Of a DNA stretch of 64,000 nucleotides, positions 27,701-38,520 are shown piece by piece. Below the pieces are notes generated by a model that ran no database searches, was not told the DNA's origin, and worked only from the letters and a program-made list of their open reading frames with translations. Each line of letters starts with the position of its first letter. Position 1 is the stretch's first letter. Source of the stretch: Convolutriloba macropyga (lineage: Eukaryota); contig NC_134478.1 in assembly GCF_964194025.1 (NCBI RefSeq), forward strand, positions 36,642,001 through 36,706,000, written 5' to 3'. A program made the translations under genes and the position numbers.

Positions 27701-29710
27701 TTTTTAAAATTACTTTTCAAAATTATTCGGAAATAATAGCAAATTTCCGTACGAAAAGCTAACTTTTTTCCTAGGCAAGCTATACCAAAAATTCTTTTTG
27801 TTTTACAATCTAGTTACCCATGGGATACTCGATACCAGGTTTGGTTCACTTTGGACAACTCCTTGACTCGACGAAAAAGACCTATTTTTAAAATTACTTA
27901 TTCAAAATTATACCGAAATAATAGCAAATTTCCGTATGAAAAGCTAACTTTTTTCCTAGGCAAGCTATACCAAAAATTCTTTCTGTTTCAGATTCTAGGC
28001 ACCCATGGTATACTCCATACCCAGTTTGGTTCTCTTTGGACAACTCCTTGACCCGACGAAAAAGACCTATTTTTAAAATTATTTATTTGAAATAATCGCA
28101 AATTTCCGTATGAAAACCTAACTTTTTTCCTAGGCAAGCTATACCAAAAATTCTTTTTGTTTTACAACCTAGTTACCCATGGGATACTCGATACCGAGTT
28201 TGGTTCGATTTGGACAACTCCTTGACCCGATCAAAAATACTATATTTAAAAATTAAATATTCGAAATAATCGCAAATTTCCGTATGAAAACCTAACTTTT
28301 TTCCTAGGCAAGCTATTTCAAAAATTCTTTCTGTTTTAGATTTTAGGCATCCATGCTAAACTACATACCCAGTTTCGTTTACTTTGGACAACTCCTTGAC
28401 CCGACGAAAAAGACCTATTTTTAAAATTACTTATTCAAAATCATACCGAAATAATAGCAAATTTCCGTATGAAAAGCTAACTTTTTTCCTAGGCAAGCTA
28501 TACCAAAAATTCTTTCTGTTTCAGATTCTAGGCACCCATGGTATACTCCATACCCAGTTTGGTTCTCTTTGGACAACTCCTTGACCCGACGAAAAAGACC
28601 TATTTTTAAAATTATTTATTTGAAATAATCGCAAATTTCCGTATGAAAACCTAACTTTTTTCCTAGGCAAGCTATACCAAAAATTCTTTTTGTTTTACAA
28701 CCTAGTTACCCATGGGATACTCGATACCGAGTTTGGTTCGATTTGGACAACTCCTTGACCCGATCAAAAATACTATATTTAAAAATTAAATATTCGAAAT
28801 AATCGCAAATTTCCGTATGAAAACCTAACTTTTTTCCTAGGCAAGCTATTTCAAAAATTCTTTCTGTTTTAGATTTTAGGCATCCATGCTAAACTACATA
28901 CCCAGTTTCGTTTACTTTGGACAACTCCTTGACCCGACGAAAAAGACCTATTTTTAAAATTACTTATTCAAAATCATACCGAAATAATAGCAAATTTCCG
29001 TATGAAAAGCTAACTTTTTTCCTAGGCAAGCTATACCAAAAATTCTTTCTGTTTCAGATTCTAGGCACCCATGGTATACTCCATACCCAGTTTGGTTCTC
29101 TTTGGACAACTCCTTGACCCGACGAAAAAGACCTATTTTTAAAATTATTTATTTGAAATAATCGCAAATTTCCGTATGAAAACCTAACTTTTTTGCTAGG
29201 CAAGCTATAGTAAAAAATCTTGTTGTTTTAACCTCTAATCACAATAGTGATACTCCATACCGAGTTTGGTTTGATTTGAACAACTCCTTGACCCGATAAA
29301 AAAGACCTATTTCTAAATATACTTAATCAAAATTATTCGGAAATAATCGCTAACTTCCTTATGAAAACCTAACTTTTTTCCTAGGCAAGCTATAGCAAAA
29401 ATTCCTTTCGTACTACATTCCACATACACATGGGATACTCCATACCAAGTTTGGTTAGATTTGGACAACTCCTTGACCCAATAAAAATCCTATATTTTTG
29501 AAAAAAGAATAAGCGAATAAGTCGACATTTCCGATTAAAATCCGAACTTTTTTCCTAGACAAGGGATAGCAAAAACTCTTTTTGTTTGACACTCTAGGTA
29601 CCCATGGTATACTCCATACCGAGTTTGGTTCGATTTGGACAACTCTACGACTTAATCAAAAAGACCTATTTCAAAAAATTATTTAAAATTAATTATTCGA
29701 ATTAATCGCA
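24735..29710 (+). repeat. ~176-bp satellite array (left), about 28 units, with 181-bp variants and a 533-bp 3-mer higher-order repeat
   Basis: Unit AATTTCCGTATGAAAACCTAACTTTTTTCCTAGGCAAGCTATACC...TTTGGACAACTCCTTGACCCG recurs every 176 bp; identical spurious ORFs at 27851, 28384 and 28917 (period 533). Confidence 0.97.
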
Positions 29711-30633
29711 TTTCTCTCGTCTTTATTCAATAATTGGAGATAATGCGTTGCTTTTTAAATGTCAAGAATATAAAATGCTCACATATTTTAGTCATACTAT
29801 GAAAAAGGAAATACTGTCCCTTTTGGGCCACAGATATACACCTCTAATAATACGTTTATAACATTATAATGTATTGTCGATAATAGACATATAGAGTATA
29901 GAATATCCATTCATCTTCTTTGAATGAATTTTTGTAAAAAAAAACTTTTTACACACAATCAAAAGGGAACTTATTGGTTTTGCTTAACAAGACATTTTCT
30001 TTGTAGATACATAATTAAGCCATCGTGTCCAATAAATCACAGGTTTATTGAAATATAAGGTAAAAATACCCATAAACTTATGTAAACATTCTTCTGTAAA
30101 GATTCAAAAATTACTCTATTTTCAAATAGACAAACAAAGATCGCCATAGTTGAAATTGAAAAAAAATGTCAAAAAATTTCTTGAAAGTTTTGTACAAACA
30201 AAAGATATACGATGTCTGGAAATGTATAATATTGAACACACAAAACACACAATTGACCAATTTCAAGAATTCGCATACTTATTAATAAAAATATGCAATG
30301 CTCTGCAAAATCAATGTCCGAGATTGAAAAATAGAAGCAGAATGGAATTTATCCCTTTAACCAAAAGCCTTTTTTAGAAAAACGCAAAACTTGCATACCA
30401 CCACTACTACTAAAAACGGTACAACTGCTGGATATTCCAAACCAATTTTGTATGGCTACTGGGTTAAAATATGTTCCTGTTTTTTAGAATCCTGAAAAAC
30501 AGGAACTACAATTATTAACCCGGTAGTTGTACTTCAAAACGGCGAATCACTTAAAACTATTTAAGACGCCCGACAATTAAATACATTGAGTGATAGACAA
30601 AAATAAATACTAGACCAAAAGCAGTTGGACCAT
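29711..30633 (+). mobile_element. Decayed Gypsy pol fragment embedded in the satellite
   Basis: 30503-30590 translates as GTTIINPVVVLQNGESLKTI*DARQLNTL, resembling the Gypsy RT N-terminal (S/N)P.vv.K..g.lr...D.R.LN motif. Confidence 0.6.
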
Positions 30634-31945
30634 AAGCTATACCAAAAATTCTTTCTGTTTCAGATTCTAGGCACCCATGGTATACTCCATACCCAGTTTG
30701 GTTCTCTTTGGACAACTCCTTGACCCGACGAAAAAGACCTATTTTTAAAATTATTTATTTGAAATAATCGCAAATTTCCGTATGAAAACCTAACTTTTTT
30801 GCTAGGCAAGCTATAGTAAAAAATCTTGTTGTTTTAACCTCTAATCACAATAGTGATACTCCATACCGAGTTTGGTTTGATTTGAACAACTCCTTGACCC
30901 GATAAAAAAGACCTATTTCTAAATATACTTAATCAAAATTATTCGGAAATAATCGCTAACTTCCTTATGAAAACCTAACTTTTTTCCTAGGCAAGCTATA
31001 GCAAAAATTCCTTTTGTACTACATTCCACATACACATGGGATACTCCATACCAAGTTTGGTTAGATTTGGACAACTCCTTGACCCAATAAAAATCCTATA
31101 TTTTTGAAAAAAGAATAAGCGAATAAGTCGACATTTCCGATTAAAATCCGAACTTTTTTCCTAGACAAGGGATAGCAAAAACTCTTTTTGTTTGACACTC
31201 TAGGTACCCATGGTATACTCCATACCGAGTTTGGTTCGATTTGGACAACTCTACGACTTAATCAAAAAGACCTATTTCAAAAAATTATTTAAAATTAATT
31301 ATTCGAATTAATCGCAAATTTCCGTATGAAAAGCTAACTTTTTTCCTAGGCAAGCGATAGCAAAAACTCTTGGCATTTTGAACTCTATATATAGATGGTA
31401 TAATCCAAACCGAGTTTGGTTCACTTTGGACAACTCTAAGATCTAATCAAAAAGACCTACTTTTAAAATTACTTATATGAAATAATGAGAAATAATAAAG
31501 CATCATGCAGAAAGCGCTTATCTTGTAAGATCCTGCAATTTCACGCATGGCAATGGCACACAAGGCATGGCCAAACGCGCTGAATGTGCAGATCTTTAAT
31601 AGTAAAATGGGGTTTATTTCCTTGGGGGTTTTTTTCCGTGGGGGTTCATTTACGTGGGGGCTTATTTCCTATCTAGAACTAAGTGGGGGTTTTTCCGTGG
31701 GGGTTTATTTCCTAGACCCAACCTGTGCAAAGCTATAGCAAAAATTCTTTTTGTACTACACTCTACCTACACATGGGAAACTCTATACCGAGATTGGTTT
31801 GATTTGGACAACTCAATCAAATAAACGATATAATCGCAAATTTCCGTATGAATTATCAACTTTTTTACTAGTCAAGCTATAGCAAAAATTCTTGGCATTT
31901 CAGACTCTACATACAAAGTGGATAATCCATAAAATTCTTGGCATT
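30634..31945 (+). repeat. Continuation of the 176-bp satellite (30634-31315 duplicates ~29030-29710), interrupted by a short G-rich insert at ~31500-31720
   Basis: The same run of variant units is present in both places; satellite decays by ~31945. Confidence 0.9.
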
Positions 31946-32033
31946 GGCAGAATTCCAAGACGTAAAATGGTAACAAAAATAAACTGAAGTAAGGTAAAAC
32001 GTAGAACAATTGTGATATCAAATCAAACACATT

Positions 32034-34986
32034 TCAATTATGCTCATAATGTCGCAATAAACACAACAAATACACAGTTTCCTTGAAAGCAAGATAAAAC
32101 AATTTAGTTTGAACAGACGCGAGCGGTACCTTCACTGTAACATCCGAATCTTTTACAGCAAAACCAAAAGGAACATGCACCTCATAATCAGTTTTGACTA
32201 ATTTAATTTTCTTAAGAATCTCAAATTTTCGCAATAGACAACATTGCACACTGTCTTCGAAAAAAATATGATTTCGCCGACAACAATTTCTTTATCAATT
32301 TTTGCTGCAATATACTTGTCCATCCCAGAACCACGACCATAGGCACAAGAAGACAGCAAAAAGCGCTGGAGATATCGACAAGATAATTTAGCTCCAGGGT
32401 TTTCGATGCTGAACTTTAGCGTCTCTGAGCTCTCAACAAAACCTTTAACATTGTCGAAGGCTTTATGCTGCTGGAAATTCTTTAAAGTTCCAGCCAAGCA
32501 ATCATTCTCAACTTTCATTTTGGCAACAAACTTTGATCTAATAAATCTGTCGACCATCAATTGACATTGATTTACTGTTCCGGTCAAAGGAGCTATGAGC
32601 ATCCTGTTAGCTGATTCAAACATGAACGCTGATGTTGTGAAGAGTGGTCCCATATACTTAACTTGCCATGCTAAGTGTCTCAGCAAGTGAAAATTAATTG
32701 AGTCCATTTTTTCTGATTTTTCACCCACACTCAGGCAGAATTCATTCAGTAATCGATTGCAGAATTCAACATTCGCAGACGACTCATACAATTCTCGAAC
32801 CGAAAACACTAATTTTTTGATATCAACCTCATCCGTTCTTCTTTCCTCACCAAACAGAAACGGTGGCAAAATGACAGGAGCTAAATATAACAAGACAGTT
32901 TTCACTTCTTTTGCTTTCCAGGACGACAACACATTAAAAGAACGAACTGTATTCTTTAGCTCTTTGGGTAACTTGAGTCCCGTCAGAAAATCATTCAACT
33001 CAAGCTTGTGCTCAGTCCTCATCTTATCATAAAAAAAGCAAAAATGTCCTTTCCAACTCCTAGAAACAGCTGATGCATAGGATCGACAGGTGAGGTAAGT
33101 GGCTGACCTGGGATGACGTCAAAAACTTTGCTGCGTCCCTTCACACCCTGAGTCCGAGCTTCACAGTCCGCGTTTTTTCCTTTTTCTAGCCTAATTTGCT
33201 CAATACTTCCATCAAAGAGTGCCTGAAGATTGATCTTATGTGATTCAGCAGATCTCATCGTAAATGCCTCATTATGTGGATAGTGATGTGCGCCACCAAT
33301 ATGAACTCCCCGCTGAGTGCACAAGGTACAACCGTAATACCCATTGCATTGTTTCATTTTCAGTACCTTAGCTTTTCCAATTAGGTCACAAACAAGAAGT
33401 ATCGGTTGCAGTCTAACTACTATGTCATTGCCTTTGTACTTGACAATATCGCTACCGGACAATTGCCTTTCGATATGTTCGAAGAAAGAATCAAAATCAG
33501 GAACACTTTGACCAACAAACAAAGCCGCAAGAACTATGTTTTCAAAAGCTTGTCTTTTCTTTGGTGGAAGATCTGCAACAGCAATAAAAAGGGGCCAAGC
33601 GGAAGTTACGGGTGACTTGCAAACATTGGCACCATCAGTGTTTAAAATTAGTCTAACTGACAGCTGGTTATTGGAAATTTGCAATTTCGGCATGATAATA
33701 TCGTTCGATTCTATTTTGGTTTCAGCGTACAAGATGATTTCATCTAAAGAATTTTCTACAATTTGAATGAGGAGAGCACGAAAATTCAACCACATAATCT
33801 CTCCATTTTCTACAATTTGTTTTTTTGACTCGTATATATCGTAAAACTGAGACAACTTCGTTTTGACTGTCCAAGGAGAGATACTTTGACCTCCAAACAA
33901 AATTTGATCTCTTTTAAGAAGGTCGGCCAGCAGGGAATCAGGTGCATTATGCTCAGCAGCTATTGCAAGAAGTGAAGATGCAAGATTATTCGGTGATACT
34001 TCTTCGACTTCTTTCAGACGCCTACCACTATAATTCGCGCAAAGTAGAGTGTCGGTTTCTTCTTGGCTAAATTGAGTATCCGATTCGTCGCTGCAAACTT
34101 TACTGCGATAAGGACTGAGCGGGCGCGAAGCTAGAGAGACACTACTGCAAGCATCATCCGAGAACAAAAACTCGTCCAATGAAACATCGGAAACCGATTG
34201 GTCGTCCGAGGGAAGAACAACCGGGTACTCAAGCTCGATAGAGCTTTCTACTGATGTAACACTTATTGCGTTTGATCCCTCATCATAAAAATTGAAAAGA
34301 TTTGACAGAGGACCCTTCGGTGTATCGACAGGTGTAATTTTTATTCGAGGCTTCATTTTTCTAAGTCGCTTCGCCTCAAGAATTGGCAAAGGAATTTCAA
34401 CAGGTTCTTCTTCAATACTTTCACCATGACACTCTGTGTGACCACAAAGACAGTCAACGTTATTCTCTCCAAAAAAGTGCTCATTGTAAAAGCAAAGCAG
34501 TTCTTCTCCATCATGAATTTCCTTGAGAGCTCGTAATCGAACGCATTCACGCCCTTTAAACCCTCTGCCCATGTAGAAATCGCAGTTAGCTTTGCATGAG
34601 TGATTCGCCCAGCGCGCAACACCAACTAACAACTTCTCACCATCCATCAGAGACCATTCATCAACTTCACGGCCTTTAGGTTTTTTTGTAAGAAGTCCAA
34701 CTGTAGCATCAATTTCTCCTGGTTTAATAGTCTTTCCACTTCTATTCACTAATTTATATCCACCAAAACTGTCTGGTTCTAAGCGAAAACCGGCACTATG
34801 AGCTTCGGAATAAATGTTGGTCATGTCGGTAAACAGCTTCTGAAGAAAACGATCTTGTCCCAACTGCACTAAAAATCTCTGTTCCGAAAGAGGTGTTGTC
34901 ATAGCGTGCGGTTCTCGGCCTCCCGATTCAATAAACTTAATGGAAACAAAACACTCAACCTGGCAAAACTTCTCAAACGGATCCAT
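32034..34986 (-). CDS. SET-domain (Suv4-20/KMT5B-C-like histone methyltransferase) fused to a CACTA/EnSpm-type DDE transposase, ~984 aa after repairing two 1-bp homopolymer frameshifts
   Basis: N-terminus: GVARWANHSCKANCDF...RALKEIHDGEELLCFYNEHFFGENNVDCLCGHTEC (SET + post-SET). Then an acidic/Ser linker, then transposase motifs LNTDG, SAWPL, CDLIGKA..NGYYGCTLC, DPMHQLFLGV, WKAKE, NFHLLRHL, GPL..SAFMFESAN and C-terminal EHN. ORFs 33019-35001, 32198-33022 and 32034-32249 join if one base is added to each A7 run (33031-33037; 32260-32266). Confidence 0.9.
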
Positions 34987-35380
34987 CGGAACTGAAAACA
35001 AAAGCCAGAGCTGAATGAAGGTTTCTGCGAATTTTTCAAAAAAAGACTAAACACAAAGCAAATGAATGCTTAACTCAATTTTCAGGTTTCTAACTTTCAC
35101 AAACTCGGAGAAAATTTAATTATAGCAAACATCAATTTAATTATAACAACATAAGACTAATCATCCCATCTATCAGAGGCGAATACCGCATTTAAAGGTA
35201 AAAACAAACTTTCTGCAACAAAAGATAAATAACAATAAATAACTTCAAATCTTCTGCACAATAGTAACTGCAAGCAACAACTTGAAAAACAGTACTGGCA
35301 AGTTTCATCATAATTCTGTCTGTCTGCATTTCAACTGCAGAATAAAAAACACAATGAGAGTTTCAATGCTGCTCACAAAA

Positions 35381-37031
35381 TCATTGTGTATTCTCGGGCG
35401 TTGTAACCGCGTCGGGTCCTTGACTTCTTCTCAAAACGCTTCGCCTCTCAAGTCCCGCCTGATTTGCAGCACTTTTTGCTTTTTTGAATGCAAGACAAGG
35501 GGTCAAGGGGTACTTCTGTCGAACGACCTCTGAAAACGATTAACGCAAAAATCCTCCCTGGTCACAAGCAAAAAAAAAACAAACATCTAATGGTAGAACA
35601 GTGCTTGAGGATAACTTCATATCATGAATCAACCTTAGAGCTTTTTGATGTGTAATTAATTTCACCAATTGGTTGACTTTCATTAAAGCTTTTTCATAAA
35701 CCTGAACAACTAAAACAGACAAGTACCCTTGAATACTGCAGTTGCGTCCTTATCAGCCTCCTTCCGCACTGGCGAGTTTTCGCTTTCAATCATTTCATTA
35801 ACAAGTCCATTGTCTCCAAATAGACATTTCCTCAGATTCCGCCCAAACACTGATGGGTACGAGTTTGCCTGCAGCTCCTCCATTAGATTTTTCCCCTCAA
35901 AAAGTACAACTGAAGTTGGATAGCTCTTCTTCAGTTCAGGGTCTTCGTCGACACTTTGAAAACCAGATTTCTGCAGAATTGCAACTTCTTTAAGCTCGCC
36001 AACCTAGAAAAATAGCTTTTAAAAAATAATCGTTAAGGAAAACCAGGTGATATTTACTAAATCATCAAAAAAGCAGATTTCTGCAGAATTGCAACTTTTT
36101 TAAGCTTCGCCAACATAGAAAAATAAGTTTCAAAAAAAGAAAAATAATTGTTAGGGAAAACTAGGTGATATTTACCAAATCATCAAACTCTCTCATCATC
36201 TTTCGCCTGTTCTTGTCAGCTTTCCTCTTAGCTTCTTCGACAACTTTTTCAGCACGCTTCATTCTTTTTGCATGCCCTTCCACAAAGTCCGCAAAATCGT
36301 TGCAAATGTTGCATTCATCCTGCAAAAAAAACGAACCAATATACTTCGTTGCTCATTGTAAACCAGGGATAACCAATTACATTAACAGCTATCTCTGCAG
36401 GAAAATTATTTACCTCGTCAAACTCGTCATCAACTCCTACTTCGTCTGCTGATGACTGCAATAAAGCCGGTTGGTGCGAACTCGTTCCTTGCGGCTCTCT
36501 GCTCAACACTGGTGGGTTTTCAGAAATTCCAGTGCCACCAATTGCCGAATTACCCAAATATACTGTCTGACTAGATATGCCCGAACGCGACTGACTCTGC
36601 GCTGTATTTTCAGATTCGTTTTCAGAAGCTCGAGCTTGATTTCGCGATGACACAGGAGTAGAAATCTCACTAACAACATCCACAAAAAACACAGGTTGCT
36701 CACCCCGATTCAAACGCTTGGCAGTTATAGCTTTATGCTCTCCAATTTGCTTAGATGGCCCCTTTCCTAGATATATAGCCCTCCTGATACCGTTCCTGTG
36801 AATGATCGACACCCATTCGCCGTGCTTAAGAGAGAGTTTATCGTCTTTAGTCACACCAATCGGCCATATCGGTCCATCAAGAGAAGTTGAAACGACTGCT
36901 TTTTCGTAATAAAAAAGCCACCTCGTGTCCCGATTCTCTTCCCTTATATGCCGCACTACTCTTGTTTCTGGATCGGTTTCAAAATTTTTTGGCTTGACGG
37001 CCCTTTTACCGGATTTTCTTGATTGAGACAT
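35381..37031 (-). CDS. Transposon accessory gene B, 4 exons, 395 aa: N-terminal beta-rich domain, low-complexity linker, CxxC + coiled coil, BEN-like C-terminal domain
   Basis: Exons 37031-36414, 36319-36176, 36003-35727 and 35529-35381, all GT-AG, total 1,188 nt in frame. C-terminus PSVFGRNLRKCLFGDNGL...RKEADKDATAVFK/EVVRQKYP..AFKKAKSAANQAG. BEN assignment is by pattern only. Confidence 0.75.
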
Positions 37032-37591
37032 TCTTTCTCTGGAAAAAATAACGACTGATGAAGCTTCAAGCGAAATAACTAAACAACCAAAATGACGACC
37101 GTAAAAACAGTTTTCTTTGAAGTTCGCATATTGAAGAAAATTCAAGACAACTTCAACTTTTCACCGAAACAAGATACGCTCGTACTTCAACTAATGCCGT
37201 ATAATAAATTTCCCTCTTAGAAAAAACACTAAACAAAATTTATTTAAGTTTCTGTAATTAGGGCACATTGACCATTGAAGCTATCGAAAGAGGCGACAAT
37301 AAATATAAATGCTCTGAACAAACTTCGTGGCCAATTCTCAAGCGACATGGTTACGTTGTTTCAAGAAATCGCATCTGCACAATAACAATCTCAACTAACT
37401 AACTTCAAAACTGAATGTAGCAAAATTAAACAAAAGTAAAACACAAAATTAATCATGTAAGCTGATGAGAAAAGTTCTCATTTAAAATAAAGAAAAGGCA
37501 TCAACAAAATAACAGCAGGGTATAGCTATCAATTCATACGCTAAATGCTCAAAGTTCTATGCATGAGTGCCATCAACTTCGGCTGGTTCGC

Positions 37592-38026
37592 TTATATAAT
37601 GTTGAACACATGTAAATCACTCTGCTGTTCACCAGTCTCATTGGGCTGTTCAGCAGAAGCAGGCGTTGCTTCGGAACTCAATGCGACTGGGGCATTTGCG
37701 ACCACATTTTCAGACTCCACAAAAAGCTCGTAATCCAATCCATTGGAAAGACGAATTAATGTTTGCATTCTATGCTCTGCAATTTGTCTAGAAGGTCCTT
37801 TGCCTAAGAAAATTGCGTTCCTAACAACATTTCTGTGAATAATTGCAGCAAAGTCACCGGGATTTAGAGAGAGCTTGTAACTTTCCGTGGTACTCAATGG
37901 CCAGATTGTACTGTTCAAGTCAGCAACTACCAATGCATCAGCGTAGTAAAATAACCACTTCGTGTCACGCAAATATTCTGAACGCGAATCAGTCTGAGGT
38001 TCAACGGTTTCGCTTGATTGAGCCAT
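37592..38026 (-). CDS. Transposon accessory gene C, 144 aa, paralogue of the N-terminal domain of gene B
   Basis: RDTKWLFYY...IWP...KLSL..G....IIHRN..R.AIFLGKGPSRQIAEH aligns with gene B RDTRWLFYY...IWP...KLSL..G....IIHRN..R.AIYLGKGPSKQIGEH. Confidence 0.7.
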   Translation of the reverse strand: MAQSSETVEPQTDSRSEYLRDTKWLFYYADALVVADLNSTIWPLSTTESYKLSLNPGDFAAIIHRNVVRNAIFLGKGPSRQIAEHRMQTLIRLSNGLDYELFVESENVVANAPVALSSEATPASAEQPNETGEQQSDLHVFNII

Positions 38027-38520
38027 GTTTTCTCTGAAACCAAACATAAAGTAAATAGAGATTGATAGCGTGGTGCATAGTTAATAAACACAGCTTAGAA
38101 AACAGGAAAACAATTAGGAAATTGCAAAAAAATTTTAAACTTTTTAGAAACAGATGACTACTTCAAATGTAAATTTAAGGTTTCAACTAATATGATTCAC
38201 AATTAAATCGCTTAGATCCGCACTTAAATAAACTCTATTCAAACTTAGAAATTTTTAGAATGAGTTCAGATTAAAATGTACTACCAAAATATCAAACTAA
38301 ACATTTTAACGGAATTCAAAATCGAGAAAATAGATCACATTTATCAAATTTACAACGCAAAATAGCAGTCCCAAAGATTAACATCGCACAAATTCCGAGA
38401 ACAAAATTAAAAACAATCACTGAAGCTCATCAATTTTTGAAAACAATGAATCTAAATTTAACATGTGCTATCTTGATACAGGTTTTTCAGTTGAATTTAT
38501 AGAACGCCACATTGCGAACT

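Noticed and set aside
25182-29117. Recurrent 60-72 aa ORFs (MDNSLTRRKRP...), also at 40210-42629
   Set aside because: Chance frames in the 176-bp satellite, mostly with non-ATG starts.
32034-34986. Calling this SETMAR or the host Suv4-20 gene
   Set aside because: The transposase is CACTA-type, not mariner. The SET domain is intronless, divergent and lies within TIRs, so no gene symbol was assigned.
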